Shown here piece after piece: positions 18,123-27,288 of a stretch of 64,000 bases of DNA. Position numbers and translations under genes: made by a program. The stretch spans positions 23,342-87,341 of the IMG/VR virus record IMGVR_UViG_2529293038_000017; one strand, given 5' to 3'. How positions within the stretch are numbered: position 1 is the stretch's first letter; every line of letters starts with the position of its first letter. Under the pieces are notes generated by a model. It saw nothing but the letters and a program-made list of their open reading frames with translations. It was not told the DNA's origin and did no database searches. This stretch comes from a virus (Duplodnaviria; Heunggongvirae; Uroviricota; Caudoviricetes).

Positions 18123-19156
18123 AAAAACCTCTCGTCACCCGTAATGACATAGCCGAAGCGATCGCCCTGCATACTGCCTGTATGCCGACACGGGAGATCC
18201 CCGGCGCAATTGCCAACTATTTCATGATAACCAGACGTTTTTATACCCGAACAGATAAGGCTGTGATCAACAGGCTACTGATAGCCGAGATCAGGGATTA
18301 TTTGATTGAACAAGGACGTCTACGTTACGCAACAGTGGCAGCAGAAATGAGAAAGGAGGCACATATAATGACCGGTAATAATTTGAATGTTGAAAAACCA
18401 GCACCTGTTACGTCAGCTACGCCAGCACCAGCCGTGAATATTATCCCCAACACCGGAGACACAATCGACAGCCTGACACTGTTAAAGATGGTCAATGAAG
18501 CGCGTAAGTTATGTGGGGAACCAGAGGTTCGGAACAACAAATTCATCGAAAAAATACTCGATGAGCTTGATGGTGAGCACTACACAAAAAGTGTAGTGGA
18601 AAAAATGAACAAAACATCAATGCTTGTCATAACCATGACTTTCAAACAAGCCCTGCGAGTCGCCGCGCGCGAGTCAAAAGCGGTCCGCCGTTCGCTGATC
18701 GACAAACTGGAAGAATTACAGCAGGCAAACTCCCCTACCCCATCGATCCCCCAGACATTACCAGAAGCCCTACGCCTGGCTGCCGAGTTAGCAGAACAGA
18801 AAATGCAGTTGGAACAACAGCTGGTGGCCGCAGCCCCTAAAGTCGATTTTGCCGACCGGGTATCAGTGGCCAATGGAATCCTGATCGGGAACTTTGCAAA
18901 GGTCGTTGGACTTAAGCAAAACGCTCTTTTCTCATGGTTGCGCCAGAATGGCATTCTCATGGCTTTTGGAGCGCGCAAAAACGTACCGCGCCAACAGTAC
19001 ATCAACGCCGGGTATTTCACTGTGAAAGAAGTGGTGCTGGATGATGAAAATGGCTACCAGATACGGCTGACGCCCCAATTAACGGGTAAAGGCCAGCAGT
19101 GGTTAACTCGCAAGCTACTTGATGCTGGTTTGTTAAAACCAGTAGCAATAGGTTAA
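18119..19156 (+). CDS. ant: antirepressor Ant (long form)
   Basis: 345 aa; C-terminal domain shared with KilA ORF (LPEALRLAAELAEQK...GKGQQWL). Confidence 0.75.
   Translation: MKKPLVTRNDIAEAIALHTACMPTREIPGAIANYFMITRRFYTRTDKAVINRLLIAEIRDYLIEQGRLRYATVAAEMRKEAHIMTGNNLNVEKPAPVTSATPAPAVNIIPNTGDTIDSLTLLKMVNEARKLCGEPEVRNNKFIEKILDELDGEHYTKSVVEKMNKTSMLVITMTFKQALRVAARESKAVRRSLIDKLEELQQANSPTPSIPQTLPEALRLAAELAEQKMQLEQQLVAAAPKVDFADRVSVANGILIGNFAKVVGLKQNALFSWLRQNGILMAFGARKNVPRQQYINAGYFTVKEVVLDDENGYQIRLTPQLTGKGQQWLTRKLLDAGLLKPVAIG
18368..19156 (+). CDS. antirepressor short form from in-frame internal start (Ant2-like)
   Basis: Internal ATG at 18368 preceded by AGGAGG 8 nt upstream. Confidence 0.45.
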   Translation: MTGNNLNVEKPAPVTSATPAPAVNIIPNTGDTIDSLTLLKMVNEARKLCGEPEVRNNKFIEKILDELDGEHYTKSVVEKMNKTSMLVITMTFKQALRVAARESKAVRRSLIDKLEELQQANSPTPSIPQTLPEALRLAAELAEQKMQLEQQLVAAAPKVDFADRVSVANGILIGNFAKVVGLKQNALFSWLRQNGILMAFGARKNVPRQQYINAGYFTVKEVVLDDENGYQIRLTPQLTGKGQQWLTRKLLDAGLLKPVAIG

Positions 19157-19233
19157 CAAAAGAAAAAACCTGCCAGCAAACTGGCAGGTTTCTGAGCAGA
19201 TCGACCAACCCGATCTGGATCGAGTTAGAAAAA

Positions 19234-19250
19234 TTTGCTCTAATAAATTT
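19234..19250 (+). promoter_or_regulatory. C1-type operator upstream of kilA
   Basis: TTTGCTCTAATAAATTT, 1 mismatch to consensus. Confidence 0.65.
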
Positions 19251-19319
19251 CGTTTTCTAAGTGCAAAGAATCACCATTTCGAGCTGGTGATTGAAGGTTG
19301 ATGCAAATTTGGAGAAAAA

Positions 19320-20120
19320 ATGCAACAAACATTCAATGCGGATATGAATATATCAAACCTTCATCAAAATGTCGATCCTTCAACCACTCTGCCTGTTATT
19401 TGTGGTGTTGAAATTACGACCGACCGAGCTGGCCGTTACAACCTTAATGCTCTACACAGAGCGAGCGGACTCGGTGCCCATAAAGCGCCAGCTCAATGGC
19501 TAAGAACGCTGTCAGCTAAACAGCTCATCGAAGAGCTTGAAAAAGAAACTATGCAGAATTGCATAGTTTCGTTCGAAGGCCGTGGCGGCGGCACTTTTGC
19601 CCATGAATTGCTCGCAGTGGAGTACGCAGGCTGGATTTCTCCCGCGTTTCGGCTGAAGGTAAACCAGACATTTATCGACTATCGAGCCGGAAGATTACAA
19701 CCTGCTATTCCGAAGAGCCTCCCAGAAGCTCTCCGTTTGGCTGCTGACCTGGCAGAGCAAAAGCAACGGCTGGAGCAAAAAATGCTGATGGATGCACCTA
19801 AAGTCGAATTCGCCGAACGCGTTGCTACCGCCAGCGGGGTTCTAATCGGCAACTATGCCAAAGTGCTCGGCCTGGGCCAAAACTATCTCTTCACCTGGTT
19901 GCGTGATAACGGAATTCTGATCGCAACCGGTGAACGCAGGAACGTCCCCAAACAAGAATACATATCCCGTGGGTATTTCACCCTTAAAGAAACCGTGATC
20001 GATACAAGCAATGGAAGCAGGATTTCTTTCACGACTCGTATAACCGGCAAAGGTCAGCAGTGGCTGATGAAGCGATTGCTTGATGCTGGTGTGCTGGTAC
20101 CTGTCGCGGCAACGCGCTAA
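19320..20120 (+). CDS. kilA: KilA-N domain protein with Ant-type C-terminal domain
   Basis: 266 aa; N-terminal KilA-N-like region; C-terminal ~130 aa homologous to Ant C-terminus. Confidence 0.75.
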   Translation: MQQTFNADMNISNLHQNVDPSTTLPVICGVEITTDRAGRYNLNALHRASGLGAHKAPAQWLRTLSAKQLIEELEKETMQNCIVSFEGRGGGTFAHELLAVEYAGWISPAFRLKVNQTFIDYRAGRLQPAIPKSLPEALRLAADLAEQKQRLEQKMLMDAPKVEFAERVATASGVLIGNYAKVLGLGQNYLFTWLRDNGILIATGERRNVPKQEYISRGYFTLKETVIDTSNGSRISFTTRITGKGQQWLMKRLLDAGVLVPVAATR

Positions 20121-20149
20121 CAGACGTAGTAAGAACCACCAGCATTGTA

Positions 20150-20728
20150 ATGCTGGCTAAAGTCACTTTCCTGAGCTGTATAACGATGAGCGATTTTACT
20201 TTTTCTGGCTATGAATTGGCCTGCTTTGTAACACACTCCGGTCTATCCCGTAGCGCCGGGCATATCCTGTCGCAATGTGCAAATCTCGCGGCAACAACCA
20301 GTGAATACTTCATTCACAAGCCTCACCGCCTGATCGCGGCAGAAACTGGTTATAGCCAATCAACCGTCGTTCGTGCATTCCGTGAAGCTGTAAACAAAGG
20401 AATTCTGTCTGTAGAGATTGTTATCGGCGATCACCGTGAACGTCGCGCTAACCTGTACCGGTTTACACCATCCTTTTTGGCCTTCGCACAACAAGCCAAA
20501 AATGCGCTGATTGAAAGCAAATTAAAGATCTCTTCAGCGGCAACCAAGGTTAAAGCTGTTCTCGCTAAGACATTGGCTTTATTTAATTTTTTATCCACAC
20601 CCCCATGTCAAAATGATACCCCCTCCCCCTGTCAGGATGACGTGGCAATAAAGAATAAGAAGTCACAAGTTAAAAAACAAAAAGATCAGTTTCCGGCGGT
20701 GCCGGAACGACCAGACTCAAAAAATTGA
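20150..20728 (+). CDS. RepL-like lytic replication protein candidate (by position after kilA)
   Basis: 192-aa ORF; start uncertain; no motif confirmation. Confidence 0.35.
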   Translation: MLAKVTFLSCITMSDFTFSGYELACFVTHSGLSRSAGHILSQCANLAATTSEYFIHKPHRLIAAETGYSQSTVVRAFREAVNKGILSVEIVIGDHRERRANLYRFTPSFLAFAQQAKNALIESKLKISSAATKVKAVLAKTLALFNFLSTPPCQNDTPSPCQDDVAIKNKKSQVKKQKDQFPAVPERPDSKN

Positions 20729-20994
20729 CTTCATGGATCGCTGAGGCAAAAGCAAAGGCTGACAATCTGCGGTTATCCAAAAAACGCGCTCAAAAACATG
20801 AGTTCAAGCAGAAAGTAGAGGCGGCAGCGCGGAAATATGCTTACCTGAAGAACAAGCGTTCTCCTGATATTGGCGGGGTATCAAACTTCGATAATCTGCC
20901 GCATTGCATGACGGTAAACGAAGCTCTTAATGCGGTTTTAGCCAAAAATAAAGATAACGAACAATGGGGTATACCGGCAGGATTCAGAGGGTGA
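20725..20994 (+). CDS. hypothetical basic protein (89 aa)
   Basis: ORF with start overlapping upstream stop. Confidence 0.45.
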   Translation: MTSWIAEAKAKADNLRLSKKRAQKHEFKQKVEAAARKYAYLKNKRSPDIGGVSNFDNLPHCMTVNEALNAVLAKNKDNEQWGIPAGFRG

Positions 20995-21290
20995 TAGATT
21001 GCTCTAATCTGGAGTCACCTGGCGTTTTCAGTTTGAGGTCGGAGATGCAATCTGATTTTTTACAGTTAGCAATCGCTTTTGCAGGATATGTTTGTATTGG
21101 CTTCTGTGTATACATGATCAGCCGAAAAATGCTTGTCGATATCGACCGCAAAGAACAAGCAGAGAAGATCTTAGTATGGATTTTCTTTGGCGCGGTCTGG
21201 CCATTAGGGATCATGTTTGCTGCAACATTTCTTCTGATGTGGATATTCACCCTTCCAGGTGATTTCTATAGAAAAAAAGCCAGACATTGA
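20964..21290 (+). CDS. small membrane protein (108 aa)
   Basis: Two hydrophobic helices (LAIAFAGYVCIGFCVYMI, ILVWIFFGAVWPLGIMFAATFLLMWIF). Confidence 0.45.
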   Translation: MGYTGRIQRVIDCSNLESPGVFSLRSEMQSDFLQLAIAFAGYVCIGFCVYMISRKMLVDIDRKEQAEKILVWIFFGAVWPLGIMFAATFLLMWIFTLPGDFYRKKARH

Positions 21291-21413
21291 TACAATCGTT
21301 GCGGGTGCTTGAGGCTATCTGCTTCAGGCATTACCCGAAAAGCAGATAGAAGAAAGCCCCAGATAACATTACGCGTCCTGCAAGACGCTTAACATTAATC
21401 TGAGGCCATATCT

Positions 21414-21620
21414 ATGCTTAGCATACGTAGATTAGCCTCTTACCGACCAAAAGGTCAAGGAGAAGCAGGCTATGAAGCAGCAAAAAGCGATGTTAATCGC
21501 TCTGATCGTCATCTGTTTAACCGTCATTGTGACGGCACTGGTAACGAGGAAAGACCTCTGCGAGGTACGAATCCGAACCAGCCAGACGGAGGTCACTGTC
21601 TTCACAGCCTACGAATCTGA
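21414..21620 (+). CDS. mok: Mok-like overlapping reading frame of hok locus
   Basis: 68-codon frame starting 58 nt upstream of hok and overlapping it out of frame, as in hok/mok/sok loci. Confidence 0.5.
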   Translation: MLSIRRLASYRPKGQGEAGYEAAKSDVNRSDRHLFNRHCDGTGNEERPLRGTNPNQPDGGHCLHSLRI

Positions 21621-21627
21621 AAGGTAA
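21472..21627 (+). CDS. hok: Hok/Gef-family type I toxin (51 aa)
   Basis: MKQQKAMLIALIVICLTVIVTALVTRKDLCEVRIRTSQTEVTVFTAYESER matches the Hok pattern (C..LT...LTRK.LCE.R.R...EV..F.AYES); RBS AAGGAGAAG; below track cutoff. Confidence 0.8.
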   Translation: MKQQKAMLIALIVICLTVIVTALVTRKDLCEVRIRTSQTEVTVFTAYESER

Positions 21628-21702
21628 GAGACCTGGCGGGGAGAGATCTCCGCCACTCTTCGTGTGTCAGGTATCCTCAATGCACCCTTTCCTCTCCAAA
21701 TA

Positions 21703-21728
21703 AAAAAGCTCCCGAAGGAGCTTTAAAA
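21703..21728. terminator. bidirectional rho-independent terminator
   Basis: AAAAAAGCTCC-CGAA-GGAGCTTT between convergent operons, A-run and T-run flanks. Confidence 0.6.
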
Positions 21729-21743
21729 TACAAGGGATTACTA

Positions 21744-22253
21744 TTAATCCCACTCAATCCAGTTGTAGACGATACGAAGTGACGGGCGCACAGCGGCAGT
21801 CACATCTTCGGTACTAAAGTCGATTGCATCACTGTAGATTTTGCAGTCCAACATTTCAATTGTTGTAGCAGCTTTTGTCACAGCGTTAACCCCGGAAGAT
21901 TTGGATTCAGGGGTAGCAGCCATCGTGATATCAACATAGTCCTTCGCCGCAATGCGATCCTTGATGAACTGAAGAATATCGCCTTCGATAGTCTCCACGC
22001 ACTGGACCTGGATTTCCCCAGAGTTTCGAATTGGTCCGTGCTGGTTGAACTTCACACCATTCGGACCATAGTCCTCCACATCCTCGCGGGTCATTTCAGG
22101 AATTTGCGACGTGCGAACCAGTACGCTGATATCTTCATGGCCTGCAAAAGTGAGCTGGAATTCAGAAGATACCAGTCGTTCGCCTTTGGCCGCGTTGGCA
22201 GTATAGCGGCCCTTAATAAATTTACGGTTTCCCTTAGTGTTATTGTGCCCCAT
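21744..22253 (-). CDS. virion structural protein candidate (169 aa)
   Basis: ORF in late structural operon downstream of sheath-like gene. Confidence 0.45.
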   Translation of the reverse strand: MGHNNTKGNRKFIKGRYTANAAKGERLVSSEFQLTFAGHEDISVLVRTSQIPEMTREDVEDYGPNGVKFNQHGPIRNSGEIQVQCVETIEGDILQFIKDRIAAKDYVDITMAATPESKSSGVNAVTKAATTIEMLDCKIYSDAIDFSTEDVTAAVRPSLRIVYNWIEWD

Positions 22254-22264
22254 ATAAAATCCTT

Positions 22265-22846
22265 TTACTGGAACGCCCGAACAATATCGGAGCTGTTATA
22301 TATCGAAGAACCGGTCAACTGGAGGTTGACGGTGTTTTTCAGGAAATGCCCATTGCTGTCCCTGGGCGCATCGAGATCGAAACTTATGTCCTGGATAGCG
22401 ACATCAATGATGTTGATCCGGCGACCAATGTTTAGCGTCACACGCTCCGGGATTCGACCACCAATACTGGCATCTTTAAGTTCCGGGCTAATCATCGCTG
22501 ACAATGCGGCGATAGCGCCTGAAACCTCCATGAATGGGTCAAACAAAGCGATGAAAGTTACTGGCAGCGTGAAAGTCGGCGGTGTTCCCCCCTCCCAAAC
22601 CATTAAGCTGTTCCAACGGGCCACCGACGTTGTTTCAGTACCAACCTGCGCAAAACCACTGAAAGCACCAGCAACAGACCCCATGGACATACCGGTAAAC
22701 GGCGCTTCCCAATTCTGGGCCATGTTCATTGCCGCCCCCTGGCTGATATATCCGGTAACCTGGTACTGAGAGTTCGTTAAAGTAACTTTCAGAAATGGTG
22801 ATACACCGTCAGCCTGGCTGTAAACCCCATAAGGTATAGGTGCCAT
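22265..22846 (-). CDS. virion structural protein candidate (193 aa)
   Basis: ORF in same operon. Confidence 0.45.
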   Translation of the reverse strand: MAPIPYGVYSQADGVSPFLKVTLTNSQYQVTGYISQGAAMNMAQNWEAPFTGMSMGSVAGAFSGFAQVGTETTSVARWNSLMVWEGGTPPTFTLPVTFIALFDPFMEVSGAIAALSAMISPELKDASIGGRIPERVTLNIGRRINIIDVAIQDISFDLDAPRDSNGHFLKNTVNLQLTGSSIYNSSDIVRAFQ

Positions 22847-22881
22847 TCAAGTTAAAGGCCGGAGTTCTCCGGCCTCCTCCT

Positions 22882-23697
22882 TTAGCCAAGGCGCTTACGG
22901 CGCAGTTTCATTGACTTTTTGCGGGCAAGTTTTGCCGCGCCGGTCTGGGCTTTTCGACGCGCTTTTTTCAGCGCCGATTTTTGAGCCGCAGTCAGACGTT
23001 TTTTACGCAGGCGTTTACGGATGAGTTTGATCTCACCGTTACGAACAACCTTCTTAAATGCTTCAGTCAGCATTTCATCAGAAGTGCCAGCAACAACAAA
23101 CGCCGCTTCCAGTTCGTCGCGGTCGTCGCTATCTAAACCAGCGATAGAGGCACCAACATCAGCAGCAGCGTCGTCGTCTTCATCGTCAGCCAGTGCTTCG
23201 ATCAGGTCATCATCTACACCGCATGCTGCGAGGAAGTCAGCAACATTTGCCCATGCTTCGTTATAGGCATCGTCCTGTTCTTCTGTAACTTCGGAGTCGT
23301 CGTCATCAGAGATACCAGCGATAGCCTGAACGAAACCATCAAGGGAGTCGAAAGTCAGATCACCGCTATCAGCCCAGGAGAAAACGGCGTCGGCCGCATC
23401 ACTCAACGCATTCTGCATAGCACTTCGATTTGCAGCTTCCAGAATCATCTGGTGCGCCTGTTCGACGGTCCATTCTTTACCGTCTTTCCCTTCCAGGATT
23501 TGCTCTGGAGCCGGGGCAGATGGAACGTTATCGTTAGTCTGTGCCGCCGGTTCCGGATTATTATTAATAACCGGATCTGTTGGCGGTTCGGCGCTTGCTC
23601 GGGCAGACTCCATCAGCTGCACAGGATCAGAGTTCAAAGCGAAACGGGACAGTCCATTCCCCAAAAATGCCCCGGATTGAAAAAAGTTTTTGCTCAT
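22882..23697 (-). CDS. acidic protein with basic C-terminal tail (271 aa)
   Basis: Asp/Glu-rich core, KKRLTAAQKSALKKARRKAQ tail; between sheath-like and downstream structural genes. Confidence 0.45.
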   Translation of the reverse strand: MSKNFFQSGAFLGNGLSRFALNSDPVQLMESARASAEPPTDPVINNNPEPAAQTNDNVPSAPAPEQILEGKDGKEWTVEQAHQMILEAANRSAMQNALSDAADAVFSWADSGDLTFDSLDGFVQAIAGISDDDDSEVTEEQDDAYNEAWANVADFLAACGVDDDLIEALADDEDDDAAADVGASIAGLDSDDRDELEAAFVVAGTSDEMLTEAFKKVVRNGEIKLIRKRLRKKRLTAAQKSALKKARRKAQTGAAKLARKKSMKLRRKRLG

Positions 23698-23706
23698 TGT
23701 ATTCCC

Positions 23707-25296
23707 TTACTTAATAAGCAGCGGTACGCCCTGGATACGACGGGCTACGCCAGTCGGGCAGCAGGCCCAGACTACTTCCCATTTATCGAATTCCGCCTGC
23801 GTAACTTTCAGCACATACGGTTCTGTACCGTCAGCATCGGGATCACGAGGAGCCACCAGAGCGCCGGAGGCGACAAAGCGATCTAAAAGTTTGGTCATCC
23901 CTTTAGTCAGGCCAGCCGCAGTAATACCGTCCGGGCTATGCTTCATCTGTCGGGCTAACTGGACAAAGAAACGACTGATTGCATTCATCAGGGATGGGAC
24001 GTGCTGGAAGTGCAGATAGTTATCCTGCGTGCAGCAAGTTAAAGCATCGTCGATGATCATCTGGCCAGAGGTGCCAACAGATACTTTATTGAGACGGCCC
24101 TTGACCATTGCTTCTTCGTCCGGGGTATCTTCCGGATACAGCGGTTGAATTGACGCACGAGCAATGACGGCACGTTCTTCACCAGCCGGTGAGTAATGCC
24201 AACCGCCGACATCAGAGTTTTTCTTGACGCCACGAGCTTTCGCCGCATACGCCGCGCCAGACAGACCGAAGACCACACGGGATTGGGTCCATTTGTCTTT
24301 GCAGGAGAACGGGTAGTGATAGACAGAACAGCTTACATAATCGGTACCAAGTAAACCGGTACCCTCAACAGCTGTTAGTGCTTCTGCGTACCTTAATGTC
24401 GGTTTGACATCAAAGAAGCCATCAATCAGGCGATCTGCACAGATTTTACCTAATGCGGTGATAGCCGCATTGTCATAGCAGCCCAGGCCAAGAACAGCGG
24501 TGTACATGTACGGCGCATTATTCAGCACTTTAACCGCACGCAGGTAAGCAGCGGTTGAGATTTTCGACTGATCGCCATTGGTACCGCCAGTGAATGCCAC
24601 CGATTTTTTATTTGTTACTTTCGCTGTAGAAATCAGCTCTTCATTAACAACCGCACGCAGATATTTAGAACGGGCTTCCAGAGCCGTAGGCAGATAACAC
24701 AAGCGGCCCATGTCATCTTTCGCTTCTTCCGCCAAAGACACAGTGTGTGTCTCCAGGGTCGTTACCACACCGAGCGAAGTCGTCTGGGTCAGTTTTAAGA
24801 GGAAGCGTTCATTACCCGCGCTGTCCGCTGTTGCCGTTTCGATGGTTAACTCACGGGTAGGTGAAATACACGGATCACCATCATCAACGTAGATAGCAAA
24901 GGCTTCGCCGCTATCAAGTTCAATTTCAGAACCGTATGGCAACGCACTGTTAGCCGGTTCGCCTGATTCATCGAACATAATAATCGGGAACTTCGCATCA
25001 TCCGGAACAGCACGGACAACATAACCAGACGTTTGCTGAATAGCTTCGTACACATGGCGAATTGGTTCAAACTGTGAGCCGGAAGACGGCTTCAGCGGTT
25101 CGCCAAGAACATCTTCGTAATTGGACTCAGTAACCGCAAGAACAGTAAACGGCTTGCCACGCGCAAATACGCCAATACCAGCCCACAAGCTGCTATTTAA
25201 TGCAACACCGGTAGATAACGTCGCATCGGCATTGATCGGGCTAACCGCGACGCCGGATGCATTACCTAATGACTGTTGAATTGAATATTGAGACAT
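23707..25296 (-). CDS. tail sheath-like protein (529 aa)
   Basis: Size and position; assignment from P1 gene order recollection, not motif-verified. Confidence 0.45.
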   Translation of the reverse strand: MSQYSIQQSLGNASGVAVSPINADATLSTGVALNSSLWAGIGVFARGKPFTVLAVTESNYEDVLGEPLKPSSGSQFEPIRHVYEAIQQTSGYVVRAVPDDAKFPIIMFDESGEPANSALPYGSEIELDSGEAFAIYVDDGDPCISPTRELTIETATADSAGNERFLLKLTQTTSLGVVTTLETHTVSLAEEAKDDMGRLCYLPTALEARSKYLRAVVNEELISTAKVTNKKSVAFTGGTNGDQSKISTAAYLRAVKVLNNAPYMYTAVLGLGCYDNAAITALGKICADRLIDGFFDVKPTLRYAEALTAVEGTGLLGTDYVSCSVYHYPFSCKDKWTQSRVVFGLSGAAYAAKARGVKKNSDVGGWHYSPAGEERAVIARASIQPLYPEDTPDEEAMVKGRLNKVSVGTSGQMIIDDALTCCTQDNYLHFQHVPSLMNAISRFFVQLARQMKHSPDGITAAGLTKGMTKLLDRFVASGALVAPRDPDADGTEPYVLKVTQAEFDKWEVVWACCPTGVARRIQGVPLLIK

Positions 25297-25356
25297 AACT
25301 TTCCCTGTTATGCGCCCCGCGCGGGGGCGCTATGTTAAACGGAGAGCTTCCCCTGA

Positions 25357-27084
25357 TTACTCAGAGTCACCAGCATCAATCGTGTTACCGGTCAGGAAGT
25401 TAATTCCGCCATTTTTTGCCATAGTCAGAGTTACACGGGTGAAGTAGTCAGCACCGTTGCGTGGATGCATATCGTTGATAGCCGAACCCCACAGAGTGGT
25501 TCGGTTGACTAGTGCCGGGGTGGTCGGATGCTGGAATGGGACAGCCGGGACTGCATCACCAGTTACGAAGCCCGCTTTGCCCGGATTTTCATCACGGACG
25601 TAGCACAGCACATCCATTGGGCTGAACTGGATACCGTCGGCGGTCAGGTTCGTACAAATACCTTCTGGTACTTCGAACACTTTGACGTTGCCGAACAGAG
25701 TGCCAATGTAGTGGACGTATGGGGTCTGGATGTAATCTTCTGCTGGCAGGAAGAAATCCTTCGGCAATTGTTTGAAGAAAGATGCCGCATCAGCACCGGC
25801 ATACATCCCCATCGCACCAGAAGATTTAACACGCTCAATAATACCGCGATATACCGTCTGGAATTTGCCTCGAATGATGGTTGCCCACACATCAAAGGTC
25901 TGGTTAGCTGGTAGTGCAATATCAAAGGAGTCGGTCGCAAGAGTTCGCCAAATCATGATACGAAGACGAAGCATATCTTGCTCATGGGACAGGTATTCCT
26001 TCAGGGTGCGGAACTGTAGGGAGCCAAGATCCAGACCAAATTCACGCTGTGCTTCATACGCCGCCTGTACCGTGTGCTCAGCCGCGATGACGAACTGGTT
26101 TGGGAACAGGGTGTAACTCTTCATTTCGTGGTTGATAAGTGGGATCAGCTCAGGAGCTGCTTCTATATTGATCTCCGCCTCAATGGCGATCTCAGTGCCT
26201 TTATCCGGCGCTTTGGAGAACGACAGGGCAATCTGACCAACGTTGTAATTCAAAGAGCAAGTAACAGTGATTTGTTCGCCTGCTTTGTTATTGAATGTGT
26301 GAAGCAGAGTACCGGAGCCGTTATCAACAACAGACTTAATACGGTTAACGTAGATGTTTGTGCGACCTTTGCGAATCGGGACATTCTGACCTTCGACATC
26401 TTCCATCTTGAAGGTTGCAGTTTTGCTGGTGCCGTCGGAGCTTGCAACCAGCACATAGCGGCGGCGCAACTGGCTGTACACGCCAACGGATTGCATGTCC
26501 AGAACATCACCAATAGCATAGGAGCCAAAAGAAGAACCCGCTACGTTAAAGATTTCATAGATTTCGGACTTGTCACGCGTAACCGGAATGAATGTACACG
26601 CATCAGCGGTAGCTGCCCCCAACTGAACAGGCAGGATCATCGCCAAGAATAAAGGCAGACGCATAACCCCGTCAGAAACACTCATCATCTCTGCCGCGAC
26701 TGATTCCAGCATCGCTTTATTGGTGGCGTCCATGCTATTGCGGGTGGACTCAATCAGGCAGTTTTCCAGCGTCTGATGGCAGGAGGCCAGAATTTCCGGA
26801 CGTGGCATAGATTTATGTGTTGCGGCGTAGTCAGCCAGTGCACTTGCCCACGCTGTAGCGATTTGAGCGGTGGCATTATCAGAGATACCCGCAAAAATTG
26901 GGTCTTTACGTGCAGCTTCAAGGATAGATGCGGCACGCGCGGCATCATCTTTAATGAATTGGTTATCAGTACCGAACTGCGCAGTGCTTGCCCAGCCAAG
27001 CACAGCTTTAGAGCGTTTTGCGATATCTGCAATACGATTCTGGTATTCGCGTAAGTTACTCAATTTACTCTTCCTTAAACACAA
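25357..27084 (-). CDS. major capsid protein candidate with N-terminal helical (delta-like) region
   Basis: 575-codon frame next to parB; helical N-terminal ~130 aa then beta-rich body; track start is TTG; alternative TTG at 27063 after AAGGAAG. Confidence 0.45.
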   Translation of the reverse strand: MCLRKSKLSNLREYQNRIADIAKRSKAVLGWASTAQFGTDNQFIKDDAARAASILEAARKDPIFAGISDNATAQIATAWASALADYAATHKSMPRPEILASCHQTLENCLIESTRNSMDATNKAMLESVAAEMMSVSDGVMRLPLFLAMILPVQLGAATADACTFIPVTRDKSEIYEIFNVAGSSFGSYAIGDVLDMQSVGVYSQLRRRYVLVASSDGTSKTATFKMEDVEGQNVPIRKGRTNIYVNRIKSVVDNGSGTLLHTFNNKAGEQITVTCSLNYNVGQIALSFSKAPDKGTEIAIEAEINIEAAPELIPLINHEMKSYTLFPNQFVIAAEHTVQAAYEAQREFGLDLGSLQFRTLKEYLSHEQDMLRLRIMIWRTLATDSFDIALPANQTFDVWATIIRGKFQTVYRGIIERVKSSGAMGMYAGADAASFFKQLPKDFFLPAEDYIQTPYVHYIGTLFGNVKVFEVPEGICTNLTADGIQFSPMDVLCYVRDENPGKAGFVTGDAVPAVPFQHPTTPALVNRTTLWGSAINDMHPRNGADYFTRVTLTMAKNGGINFLTGNTIDAGDSE

Positions 27085-27199
27085 GGCACTTGTGTGAATC
27101 CCTTTTCGGAAGAGATTTTATTGAAAGTCACTTGTTGACTTTCTCGTGACAAGCAATTTTTTTATTTTTTTCGGGAGTAGGGGAGGAAGGTAAAATCCA

Positions 27200-27285
27200 A
27201 GGTGAAATCGTGGCGATTTCACCTTGAAATTTTAGAGTGATTTACTTTAAAAACAGTAGGTTAATAGTGAAATTTGAATGGCGAA
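27200..27285. promoter_or_regulatory. parS partition site
   Basis: Heptamer boxes ATTTCAC/GTGAAAT and hexamer TCGCCA/TGGCGA flanking an AT-rich centre (GTGAAATCGTGGCGATTTCAC ... AGTGAAATTTGAATGGCGA), just downstream of parB. Confidence 0.8.
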
Positions 27286-27288
27286 AGT

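Noticed and set aside
21430-21470. Minus-strand promoter for a Sok antisense RNA (TTGACC with 17-18 bp spacer)
   Set aside because: The -10 candidates (CTAATC/TAATCT) match consensus poorly; Sok could not be placed with confidence, so it is not listed as a feature.
26776-27097. Plus-strand ORFs near the 5' end of the capsid-like gene
   Set aside because: Antisense within a long minus-strand ORF of coherent protein-like composition.
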